A stretch of 64,000 nt of DNA from NCBI GenBank assembly GCA_010015585.1, contig ML975158.1; one strand, written 5' to 3'. The notes under the pieces were generated by a model. That model was not told the DNA's origin. It was given only the letters and a program-made list of their open reading frames with translations, and made no database searches. This document shows positions 36,280-48,016 of the stretch, piece by piece. The stretch's first letter is position 1. Every line of letters starts with the position of its first letter. A program made the position numbers and the translations under genes. The stretch comes from Eremomyces bilateralis CBS 781.70 (Eukaryota).

Positions 36280-37768
36280 ATGGAGTCAATTATGTCTCCT
36301 TTTCCGGAGGGGGACGACTCTGTCTCTCCTATGACGACTTGGAGTCTTCAAGGATCGATCAACGACCCGGCATTCCTCGCTTCGCAGGATGAGCTTCGGG
36401 CGCTCTTATTCACCACAGCCCAGACACCTGCGCCAAGTAGGAGGGGAAGTCTAGGTTCTCATGCTGAGACGGAAAGAGGCGATACAGATACCGCAGATGT
36501 TGGGGGGGCGTATCGGCAGATGCAACAGATTCTTGCAAGTCATCGGCGACTGGAGTATCTTAAGAATTATATTGGCCAAGTAGCTCCATGGGTATGCTAC
36601 AACTATGAGACTTCGTACAAATATAATTTGGCTGACGACGATCCCTAGCTTGACATGTTCGACTCTCATCGAACATTTGGTATACAAATTCCGGCATTGT
36701 GCCGAAATCCTGCCTTACTCTATTCCATCCTCGCCCTCTCTGCCAGGCAAATGGAATTGAAGGAAGGCAAGCGGCACACATACGATAGCCTGGAGCTATA
36801 CCAAGTAGCGATCAAATCGCTTAAACCACTTCTCCAATCTCGTGACCAAGACGCGATCGCCGTTTGCGTCATATTATGCTGCATGGAGATGATGTCTGCC
36901 AGTGGAGAAGATTGGCATCGACATCTCGATGGCTGTGCCGCCCTTTTTGATTCTTTCAATGTACATGGCTTTAGTAACGGCCTATGGCAGGCTCTCTTCT
37001 GGTGTTACGCGCGGATGGGTAATTGGCTCCCCCCCTGGCTTAAACGACATCCTGAGCGCTGACATGACACATACAGACCTCTGCGGTGCGTTAATGTCCG
37101 ATGGGACACAAGGAACTTTGATCCATTCTTCCAAATGGCTACCTCCAGGAACTCCGGCCAACGATGCTCATACGCTGTTTGCGCAAGCCCATTCATCAGA
37201 CATGCATGCGAACTACGCGGTATATCTCTGCGCGCAAATCTGCGAGCTCCTCGCCGACCGGACGAAATACGTCGAACTCGGCGAGGAGAATGGCTGCACA
37301 GACGAGGTTTATGTGGAGCGATGGATGCAACTGTGGGACGACCTGCAGTGTTGGCTCGACGATCGACCAGCAGAATTCCTGCCGATCCAAACGATCGATG
37401 CAGAACCCTTTCCGTTTATTCTATTCCTACATTGGGCGGCGATCTCAGCTAATCAGCTGCACCATACCGGCTGTATCCTGCTCCTCAATATGGCTCCCAA
37501 GTCGATGAAGGGCAAAGTCAGCGTGGCGGATGCGACGCTCGGTTATGCGAAGCGGATTTGCGGTATTTCAGTGACGAACCCTCATCAAGGATGCTTGAAC
37601 AACGCAATCCAACCTTTGTGGATCGCCGGACGCCATCTGACACATAGATCAGAGCATGCCATCATCATCAAACTCTTCAAGAACATCGAAGACATAACTG
37701 GCTGGGTAACCAGCTGGCGAATCGCAGACCTGGAAACAACTTGGGGATACAAGATTCGCAAGCCTTGA
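36280..37768 (+). CDS. Fungal-specific transcription-factor-domain protein with no Zn2Cys6 cluster visible, 3 exons
   Basis: YLKNYIGQVAPW|LDMFD, LLYSILALSARQ, ALFWCYARM|DLCGAL, ISANQLHHTGCILLL, CLNNAIQPLWIAG. Confidence 0.8.
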
Positions 37769-37815
37769 AGGATACTAGGTCTTCGTACCCTTCACAAAAG
37801 AAGCGATTTAGCCTC

Positions 37816-39653
37816 TCAAACGAGCGCCACTGGCCCCCAGCACCCCCTCAAGTCATTCAAAAGAAACCCAGCATCGAATCCTGTAAGGGTTCGGATTCTT
37901 TCGAATCCATCCAACAATGCTTGCTGTTGCGAACCATGCGTCATCCGTCTAGCTGCTAAAAGCAAAGACGCAAGAAGACACGGATCCCACGTCTCACGGT
38001 GGCTGTTGCTCAGCGCTATCCCACACAACCGCTCTGCATGCCAAAGTGGAGACGTGTAGGATGAAACGGCAGATAGTCTGAGCGTTCGTGGCTTGTGGAG
38101 CAGGAGGATGAGCATGGCAGTGTGATGCAGCTGGTTTCCGAGTATGCTGCCTCCATTGGTGAAGATAATGACGGGAAACGCTGAGTTTTCTACTCGTCTT
38201 GGGCCGCGTCCTACCTCGAGATCGACGATCGGGAGGAATTCGACGGGTCGGAAATTGTACCATCTTTCGAGTTCATCGTACAAGTGTTGCCATCTTTCAA
38301 CTAGTGGTCTTCGAGGCGTTTCGGGGTGGGATATTTCTGGTCCGCCCCAGCATACGTTTGCCGCTTCAACGCAATAAAGGATGGCTTGGTGCGTGTATTG
38401 GATCCCTTGCTCAAAGACATTGATCATTTGTTCTCGCAAGGCGGTTTCAACGACGGGTGGGATTGTAACAGGGGAAGACTCCGCCAGCCCTTTACCGAGT
38501 TCCAGTCTTAACCAGAGCCATAAAAATGAAGATCCCAACCCGGTTGAATAATCTTGCGGCCAATTTGGTAGATCGGCGGGATTGGCGTTCACTAAAAGTT
38601 CCTCCTTCCAGGCTCCCGGCATGTCATGTAAAAGGGGTACGAGAACGGAGAGGACCGAGCAAGCAAACCACGCCAATGGATTGGTTTCCTCACTCAGGTG
38701 AGATTTCATGAGTTGTAGGTACGCTCTGGCTTGGTTGTTCGTTGAAGCCTTTGGAAGCTGCAGTGTACCTGTCATGGACTGTGATGAGAGTGCTAGAACG
38801 GCGTAACGCAGAGCTGGAGACTCCATCGCGAGTCTAGGTAGGACAAGCCCGAAGTCCTGTTCCACATCACATATGTCCAACCACGGCGCAACTTCATATC
38901 TGAAATACCGCAATAGGTCTAATACTCGCTTCTCCGACAAGTCCACTTCCATCGAAGGAAAATCATCTTGGCCAGGTAGATGATCAGGTATGCTGAATCC
39001 AGAGATCGGAAGTCGAGCATCTTCGAGCATCAAGTCCGCTGAAATATCGTTCGTGGAGTGGATCGGTACAGGGAGATGCCGTGCTGGAGATGGACTTTGC
39101 AAGGCTGAGTTCCTTGACCCTAAAGCAATTAAGCCATGAAGGGCAGACTCATACGAGTCACCCGGTGGTATTTGGTCTAACCCTTCATGAGGGAGATCTG
39201 TTGGGGTATTCTGGGGGTCGATGTCCACTTCGGCATGGGTTTGAAAGGACACATGATGAGGAGAAGGATTGGCTCCCCTGGTCGCAGGAGATGTGGAATT
39301 GATAAGCTATGCAACAGTTAGCTTTGGTCACATGTGTTGATGCTGATCCGAAACATACGGTCAGATTAGTATACGTCGGTATCTGCTCAGGTTTCGAGGA
39401 TTCAAGCACTGTGTATGCATTTTTGGCAAGAAAGGTAACTGGATTCGCATAGCGACACTCAAAGTTCTTCGATATACAGTTCTGACACTTCGGCTTGCCC
39501 TCGTCGCCTAGATCGATCAGCCAAAAGCTTCAACGCCATACGGTAGTCGTACAACGTACATTTCCGTCGTCTTTGCCGGCACTTGAGACAACCGGTTCTA
39601 GTTCTCTTTCGTGGTGGTTCGGCTCTCTTCGGAGCTGGGCTGGCTTGCGACAT
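37816..39653 (-). CDS. Zn2Cys6 transcription factor, 3 exons
   Basis: RTRTGCLKCRQRRRKC|DEGKPKCQNCISKNFECRY; RYFRYEVAPWLDICD; GNQLHHTAMLILL; WDPCLLASLL. Confidence 0.9.
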
Positions 39654-42598
39654 TGGGATTGATCAGCATTACTAGGCTCGCGTCCTGACTGCTGGCCCGT
39701 CTTTAGGGCTCATTGCATGCAAAGGACAAAAATCCGGGGAAGAGAGGCTCTGACAGCCGCTTTCGGGACGGAGAAGCGGATGACGCGCCTTGTAGCCCCG
39801 TAGCCTCAGGCAATAACTGGGTCCAGATGCACGTCATGTGGTCAGGGGTTCGATTTGTCTGCAATCGCCGCCAATCGGCAGCGGTTATCTCGGCCACATG
39901 GATGATGGATTTGAACGGGGAGGACACAGGACTAGAAGTCCAGAACACGTTCAGGATGCCTCAGTCAGGAACAATCACCCAATCAATCTGCAATCTTAAA
40001 GCAACCCCCCCCCAGAACCACCTCAATTCTCAAATAGCAACGACTAGACTGGAGCAAACAATCTACACCGATCACAGCGACACCCATAATAATGAACAAT
40101 GACCGCATAAGATTTACAATGTCAAATCATGCAAGTGCTACTCTATACGTCATTTGCCAATTTGTTCTGGGCAGCTTCGCGGTTCCCTCCCAGACTGAAC
40201 CCCATAAGTGTCTGCTTGGAGTCATGAATCTGATCAAGTACATTTTCAGTGGCATCTGACTCTGCGCTTAAAGTTTGTCTTTGACTTCTCTATCTCTCAT
40301 TAAGCCGTCTTTGGGCGGTTTGGCTATCCGAATAGCGAGATCGCAGTGGGTACAGTCACCTCTAGGACTCTTTCCTGCCATTTTAAATATCTATTCTACA
40401 GAAGTTCGAGTCATGCACTGTTCTGGGGAGCCACGTTTATTACTGAGAAATACTAACTAACTATGCATATTTCAGGGCTTTAAGACATATTTCTACCCTC
40501 TCTAAATCATTCGTTGATTTCGCCGAACTCTCCACTTCAGGGTCCATTTCCCCTTGCTCCGCCTTAGTTGCGCATCTTCCTCGATTTCTCTGTCTTGTGA
40601 TCAAGCATATTTTTCATTTTTTATAGTAGAAGCATCAAGATTCGTTGGATCGTTTTGGGTCAGAATGCCATGCTAAGCTTCCTTCAATGTCATGTCACGA
40701 TCATGTACAGATAATCTTGAAATCCAATCTGGACAATCAACTTCATCATGGTTGGTCGGGAGAAAATACTAGCAGCCTACAACCGTGTGCTTAGCATGCC
40801 GGATCGTCACGAGCCGAGCCTAGCAGGACGGGGTCCAACCATTGGGTGACCCATTCTTGATATACGAAGCCCTTGGTGGCTCATCAAGCTCACTTCTTCT
40901 CTCGAACGTCGTCTAGAGTTGATATTTCATCCAGCCTTGAAGATCAACCGAATATACTTACCACTAACATGTAACCCATTACCAAAATGCTGACCACTTC
41001 TTCTCTCCATCATGTAGTCCCACAGGACATTGGCCATCATTCAGTTCAACGAATTAATCTCACCAATTCTGTACCGTGAGCGCTCTATTCCGTATCAGGT
41101 GCATTTTGCCAAGAGTCAATCGGTTAGAATACGTCACTTTGCCGTCAGATCCTTCTAAGGTATTGCATTTTGAACCTCTCGCTTCCTGATCGGCCCTTCA
41201 ACCAACATATTCGAGAGCATGCCATTTAAGGAACCACGCATTCATTCCCGTCCGCACACAGGCATGTTCTCTTGAAGACCACTTGCACCACCATTCCAAT
41301 ATCGCTAGCCCTATATGTAGCGAGAAGGCGCCTAGGATACCGACATGATTTCGAATTAGGAGAGAGCCTTTGTGACACTTGGTAGATCGGCTGGATCAAG
41401 CCAAAAGATATCCCGTCAAAAACTGTATATCCATTCTAATTGTCTTGTTATATAGTATTTGCATGCGAACCACGCATCGTAGTATAATTAATCCGCCTCG
41501 CCTCGAGAATCCGAACGAGCAATTGCGAGGATTTTGAGGGGCCTCTATCACTTACCTCACTTCCTACCTTTACATAAATCTCTCCACAGGCTACCTCACA
41601 ATATCTGCTTCCCCTTGTAGTCTATCTCCCGCTGTTTAACGTATAGTTTCGATACTCTAGTTAGTTATTATAAGTAAGTTAAAGCGACATGATAGAGACA
41701 GCTTAGTAGGCATTGCTAACTCGGATATTGACCCTAAACATAACTCACTTAGCTCTATGCTAGCGTCGCCCGTTACGATAACCTCGGCCTCTGTGCCAGC
41801 GTGGTCCTTTGCGCCAGCCTCTCCGCCAGCGCCAACCTACCTCCTTCCATTCTGTTGTGTTTCTGCTATGGCTTTTATATCTACAGTCTAGTTTCAAAAC
41901 TGTGAAGGATCGAAGACTGAATTCAGTTTGATGCCTTGGGGTGTAGGTGCCCTATGGCCTTACGATGTGTTGTGTTCACCCCGAGGCCTACTTATCATTC
42001 CCTCACACAGCGGCTTGTATTTAGATCTTCCTTCCTCCTTTGTAGAATTGATTCTCGTATATGACGAATTAAAGAGTTTGACCTCATTCTTTCGTGCCCT
42101 GACAAGAACCAACTTCTCTGTTAGTAAAGAGACGAATAGAGTTGCTACGTTGTCAATACAAGAGGATGAGGATGAGCATGACTGAAACGACTGAAACGAC
42201 TGAAGCGACTGTATCAAGGCAAAATATAGTCTCTCTGTAACGGTTCACAATCAATGAGTATTATGAATGGTGGAGACATTATCAAATTGCCAGAGAAAAG
42301 AAGAGGAGGAGGAAAAGGCCTCTCTCTCCTTCCAGAGTTCTAAATATACGTTTTGCTCATTCACACAATACTGGTCTGAGGCCGCCCGGCCACAACCAGC
42401 AGTCTGGGCGTACAGCCCAACACTCTTACACTCTACTCATGATATAACGTTGGAAATCTGCCTTTCGTTTCCTTTATAACATATTCTGCGCACTGAATGT
42501 CTTATATTCCCCTAGCATTTTATACCACCACCGGCCGACCTTAGCAACACAATCAGCCAACATCCACAGCGACTCGACGACGCAGAATTCGAGTACAG

Positions 42599-43670
42599 GT
42601 GCTAATCGGTTTGTTTGAAGCCGGAAACGCAAATCTCGAGGCTGGTGGCACACGTGGGATCCTTACATTTACCAATAGAGACCGAGAAATCCGTAGCAGT
42701 ATTCCATCTCACACTGAACCTATCATGGACCTCACTTCTCCATGCCTTCCATCAATGATCTCTGCGGTTGAAGCCTTCGTGGCTGGTATTCAAGAATATA
42801 CCGCGTCCCATCCTAGGTCGATCGGTTCCGACATTTTGACCTCTCCCGATATGATGTTGGCAGCCTATCAAGGAGGTTCCACTCCCACGACAATCCAGGG
42901 ACGAACGATAATGGTCACCTTGGGCGAACGTCTACTGCCACAAGTGTTTACCACCCAGATAATTCGGAAGTCATTTTTCGGCAACGGATCATCCTCATCG
43001 GATATGGTAGAGCGCATTTATAACCGCCTGTGCAAATGGGAGTCTCTTACGGAGACTATTCCAGACTCCCATACAGCGCCCCTAGCAGGGAAGGGATTTC
43101 TCCCATTTGTTAACTTTTACCTTTGGGCTAAGGTGAACAATTTGGATCGGAGGGCTGCTTTACCTCTTCTAAAGGAATACTTACCTGCGGTCAACCCGAT
43201 AATTATTCTTGCATAGATTCAGAGTACGCTTTGTCCCAACCCATCCTCTACCATTTGACCATTTAAACCTTCTTCAACCTGTGTCGGTTTCTGAAGCCAA
43301 TTTCCAGCATACAAAATGACTCACAATGGGTGGTATTGAGTTTCAGCAGGGGCCGTTTCCCTAGGATCCTATGGAGTTGGCTACGATGTCCACACCTATC
43401 GAACAGGAGCCAAATTCCACCACTCCATTGGCTACATTGGATATTCGGAATCGAGATTCCACCGGGGGTCCGTCATTTTCTAGAATAGAGGGTTTCTCTA
43501 CCAGTCGGGGATAGGAGCCTCCCTGTTTAGGATGGGGCGATGGTGGATAACGACGAGAAGCTGGAATTGGTGGAAAGCGAGCGTGACATCAGCAATCTGG
43601 AGGAGTGGTGGTCGGAATTCAACAAACACAATTGGGTATTTCTCAGCGATGAGAATATCGCATGATGGTA
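42599..43670 (+). pseudogene. Degenerate or fragmentary hypothetical coding region
   Basis: 205-aa protein-like ORF without a clear ATG context, followed by a stop-interrupted fragment (MVDNDEKLELVESERDISNLEEWWSEFNKHNWVFLSDENIA*) and a GTAAGT donor. Confidence 0.35.
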
Positions 43671-45593
43671 AGTATACCTCCGGTATCTTGAGACTGTCCG
43701 ACTTGTGGAAGGCTTCTTACCCCAAGAGTCCGGGACGCTATGCAAGACAATCATGATAGATAACTTCTCGTAGCGGCCTTCCATTCACGAAGACTTCCCA
43801 AAGCTGTATCAGCATCTCAGAAAGTAATGTCGCGATATGATAAATTGATGAGGACCTTGCTAACCTCGAATAGACCATAGTGTTGTATTCCAGAATGCCG
43901 AAATTATTACAATGGCGGATATGTGACGCTGGCTAGCGAGCCGAACGCTTGCACTGCGAACCGGATCGATCTGTTACCAAGGAAAGTATACTCGACAAGA
44001 ACCGAGTGGAAAAATATTTGTCTTCAGCGTGCTGAAAGGAGGCTTTACTACCATTATCAAATTTGATAATGTGGCAATCAAGGTGCTGGACGATCCGGAC
44101 AAGTCCAAAGCGGCAACTCGTCCCACGCTGGCCAGTCCTATTTTCTGTCCCGCACTGCCTGCTCGTTATTGTGTTTCGGGGAGGCCTTCTACAACACTCT
44201 ATAACATTTGAACAAGCTCTTTATACCCGGATGTTCGTATTTCGTAGATATATCTCCATATACCGAGCTCCATACCCGCCTCGTGTTTTTCTCCATGGAG
44301 ATTCGAGGGAAAGGCATCAACGTGAAGCGGCCATTGCCCAGCGCGGAGCTCTCGTAATATCTGAGCGCAGGTGGAAGGGCACACAGAGAGCAAGAAACCG
44401 ATCCTGTCTGCTTCATCAGACGACGGGATGCTATAGACCTCTAGTAAACGGTTGGGTCCGAAATCGTCAGGGAAATGACGGGCCAGGGCCTGGACACCAG
44501 GACGCTTGAACGATGCTACCTGTCCCGGCTGCCAAAATTGAACCTGACGAAGGTGGCATTGCTCGAGGTTCGGGTCGAAGGTAATAGTGAATTGGGGTGA
44601 ACGTATGTGGTGCTTCAGATACATGCACTGCCACCCCCCAATTTCAAAACAACCTTCCTTAACTCATTCACCACAGCACCACCCTCACCTTCAGGTCTTC
44701 TACTTCTGTCAGACCTTGCATCTTGCATATTTATTTAACTTCAATAAACTTCAATCGTTCACGCATTCTGAACAGATTCAGCATAACCGACGATCGAAAC
44801 TGCACATCTTTATATATCTTGAAAGTCTTATCCATCTCTTTCACAGCACTCACACTCGTTGGAAACGAAAAGCATAGCTTCAATTCCAACAAGCTGGATC
44901 CTAGCATCTCCCACATGCTAGTCAACATCTTCATCCATGTCTCTGCTCAACAGACGCTGACCTCGCATTGTTCTGGCAGACACAGCTCTTCAGCAGAAGA
45001 GCATTCGATTTTCAGGACTCATAAGTCCCTTCAACTGCTTCCTCTTGATTCATTCTCCTGCCCAAATAGAGCCCTGAACGGTCAATGAATGCCCACCACG
45101 ATGCCCTCATATCCTCCTCCAAAGCCCCCTCGAGCGAAATGGACCATGTTCGTTCTGTTTTGATTGAGTCACTGGTCCGCCCGTAGGAATCCCCTGGAAA
45201 CTCTGCGAGTGTTCCAGCCGTGCCGGATTTCACATTCACTTCTTGGGACTCGATCGAGCCTGAAGTAGACGAATGGGCTACCCACCTCCACATTCACTGG
45301 ATCCAAAATTGACTCAATAATTAAAACACCTAACACACGACTGCCTCCCCTCCAACTTACGTTTCGATCTTACTTCTCTTACTTCTCTTCCTCTTCCTCT
45401 TTCCTTCATCTCACTTTATTGCCCGCAATTTGTGCACACAGCATATCGCGCACCTAAGCACTCACACATTTATCTCCAACAATCATCAGTTCCACATTGA
45501 AGAGACTCGGACGAGTCGTGTCCTTTTTCTGCCGACAAAAACTCACTGTTTACCAAGCAGACCTAACATTCCTTCTCTTCTCTGGTAATTAAA

Positions 45594-47567
45594 ATGCCAC
45601 GAGGAGAGTACTCCGAGGCCAACGACCGGCTTATCTGCCACTTGAAAGAGGCAGATAAGCTGTCTTGGCAGGACCTCGCTGTCAAGTACAACGAGGTAAA
45701 CGGTGGCAATAACAGCCAAGGGTCTCTGCAGGTGCATTACGCCCGGCAGATCAAAGGAAAGATGGTGTTCTCGCGAACCCATCCGAACTTTGGGGCGTCT
45801 CTTCCGGCGCCCACACCCGCGGCAACCACCGCTCCTGCCAACGCGGCAGGAAAGACAAAGGCTTCCGCGAGAGCGTCCACTTCGCGGAAGGCCGGTAAGT
45901 GCCATTCGAGCCCTCAACTAACCTTACTGTTACTGATCGTGATTGTAGCCGCCGTGTCGTCCGGCCGACCTCGCCGGGCAGTTGGCAATCCTCCTGCAAC
46001 TGCCGTCACGGAATCCTCCCCCTCCGCCTCGGCCCCCGATGGCATTGATCACCCCCCAGTGTCGGCCTTAGCACACATGGCAATCCCGGGTCCCTCCACC
46101 CGTCGGAGTGCCAGAATCACAACGTCGGTGTCAGCTGACATGGTGCTGGGCGGCCGTGTCATCAAGTCCCGTGCGGCGTCCTCCAAGCCTCAGGAAATCT
46201 CCTCGAAAGCTGCTGCAGCGACGACGTCTAGCCAACCGGTAGAGACTCAATCTGCTGGTTCTCAAGGTGAGCAATATCATTAGTCTTACCGCGGAAAACC
46301 ATCCACTGACATCTTCACAGAACCCACGTCGTCTGCCGCATCGCAGACCATTGGCATTGCTCCGGCCTTCCAGAGCCTAGCAGTCACTAACCGGTCGTCA
46401 AAATCCCAGGTGTTGGAGAGCCAGCCTGCGGGTAACCTAGGGGAGAAAGTCCTCTCTGGTCACGTGACCAAGAGGGGCAAAAAGCTAGATAGCAACGCCG
46501 TGTCCTCTGGCACTCAGAGCAGAAAAGACGCGCTGGCATCCGCCAGTAGCGGCCTGCTCTATCCTGTCGTCCCTCCTCCACTCGCAAGCCAATCCATCGA
46601 AGTGGAGGATACTGAAACCCACACCAACATCGTCTACAGCGTTGAAACTCCCGCCGTCCTCGGCGCCGCCAGACCTGGGAGGGTCGAAGGGGCGGGGTCT
46701 TCCCAGCCGGTGCGCCGCTCCGGCCGGGTAGCGAAGCCCACTCATAAAGCCAAAGAACCTGGGAGAGGCATCGAGGGCCGACAAGCCCGTGACCCGAAGC
46801 GAGCTCGCTTTGCTAAGCGGGTCGTTTCCCCTCCTCCTACTGCTGCTGGACGCAAGAGGAAGGTCCAAGAGAGGGAAGTTGAGGGGCTGCCTGAGGGTGG
46901 CTCCGTAGTAGATCAGTGGGGGCTCTCCCGCATTCGAACAATCCAGAAAAATAAGAATGCGGAGTCTAGGCGGTCGGAGACCGCGGCCATTTTGGCCAGA
47001 GTCGATCCTCCTCCGGCCCAGGACTGGGAGCCCTTGAGATGGCAGGATCAACCACCTCGCCATCGGGTTGAACCTCCTGAGGTCCCGATGACCAAAGACG
47101 GATACAGTGTGCGCGCGTTCCGCCCGGGCGATGGTTCCGACAATATGGACATGTCCAACTACCCAGTGTGGACTAAGCCCGAAGAATCACTGAGGAAGTC
47201 CCAGGAGGACATCGCCCGGGCACCGGACTCAACGCGTGACATTCGATGGCGCCCCTCTAAGGAGATGATCGAGAGTCGAAAGGCGAAACGAGAAGCTCAA
47301 CGTAAATTGGATGTGGAGCAGCGAAAGCGGCGCAGAAATGCTTATGGGGGAGACGAAATTGGGGGCAAGGCCCGAAAGTATGTCCCTGGCAAACGATCAA
47401 CCCAATGGGAAGATGACGATGCTCGGCCTGTGCATTCGTTCACTCCAACTGAGTTTGATCCGTTTCTTGACTCGGGGCATGGTTGGCAATACCAGCCATG
47501 GGTGCTTCCTGGTGGTCCGGCGGCGAACAAGCCTAAGCGGACTAGGAAGCAGAACAAGAAATGGTAG
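45594..47567 (+). CDS. Hypothetical protein with an N-terminal Myb-like helix-turn-helix and a long disordered body, 3 exons
   Basis: DRLICHLKEADKLSWQDLAVKY...GSLQVHY; introns about 45895-45948 and 46267-46320 join in frame to ORF 46410-47567. Confidence 0.6.
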
Positions 47568-47761
47568 GCAGCACGTATCCATCGGTAAGTAGAGGTGGTT
47601 GACGAGCTTGGATAATCCCGAGAACGATATTGAGATGGAGTTTGGAGTTTGGACTTGGAGTTGGTTTGGATTTTGGATTTGGTGGGATTGTCTGGTGGGG
47701 TATGGCTGTGAGGAAATGCAGGGGCGTGGACTTTCAGTGTTTTGATTGGCCACACACACAG

Positions 47762-47776
47762 ACGCGTCGGACGCGT
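47762..47776. promoter_or_regulatory. Two tandem MluI cell-cycle boxes (ACGCGT) upstream of MRC1
   Basis: gACGCGTcggACGCGTcgg about 240 bp before ATG 48017. Confidence 0.65.
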
Positions 47777-48016
47777 CGGAATCACTCAGCCCGTGTCAAT
47801 TATCAACCTCCCTCACTCACTCGCGTACTCACTCACATCCCAACCACACAGTTTCCCCTCATTACATACACGTTCTATCACCAATTCCTCTTCATTGTTG
47901 CTGTCTTCATTTGTATCCTCGATCAGTTCTCATTCTCATTCTCGATTTTAGCTTTCGGTTTCTTCTCGAGCAGTCCCTCACCTGGCAACGGCTACAATTG
48001 CAGCAAGTTTATCGCG

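Noticed and set aside
47630..48016. N-terminal extension of MRC1
   Set aside because: TTG start, promoter/UTR-like composition, contains MCB boxes
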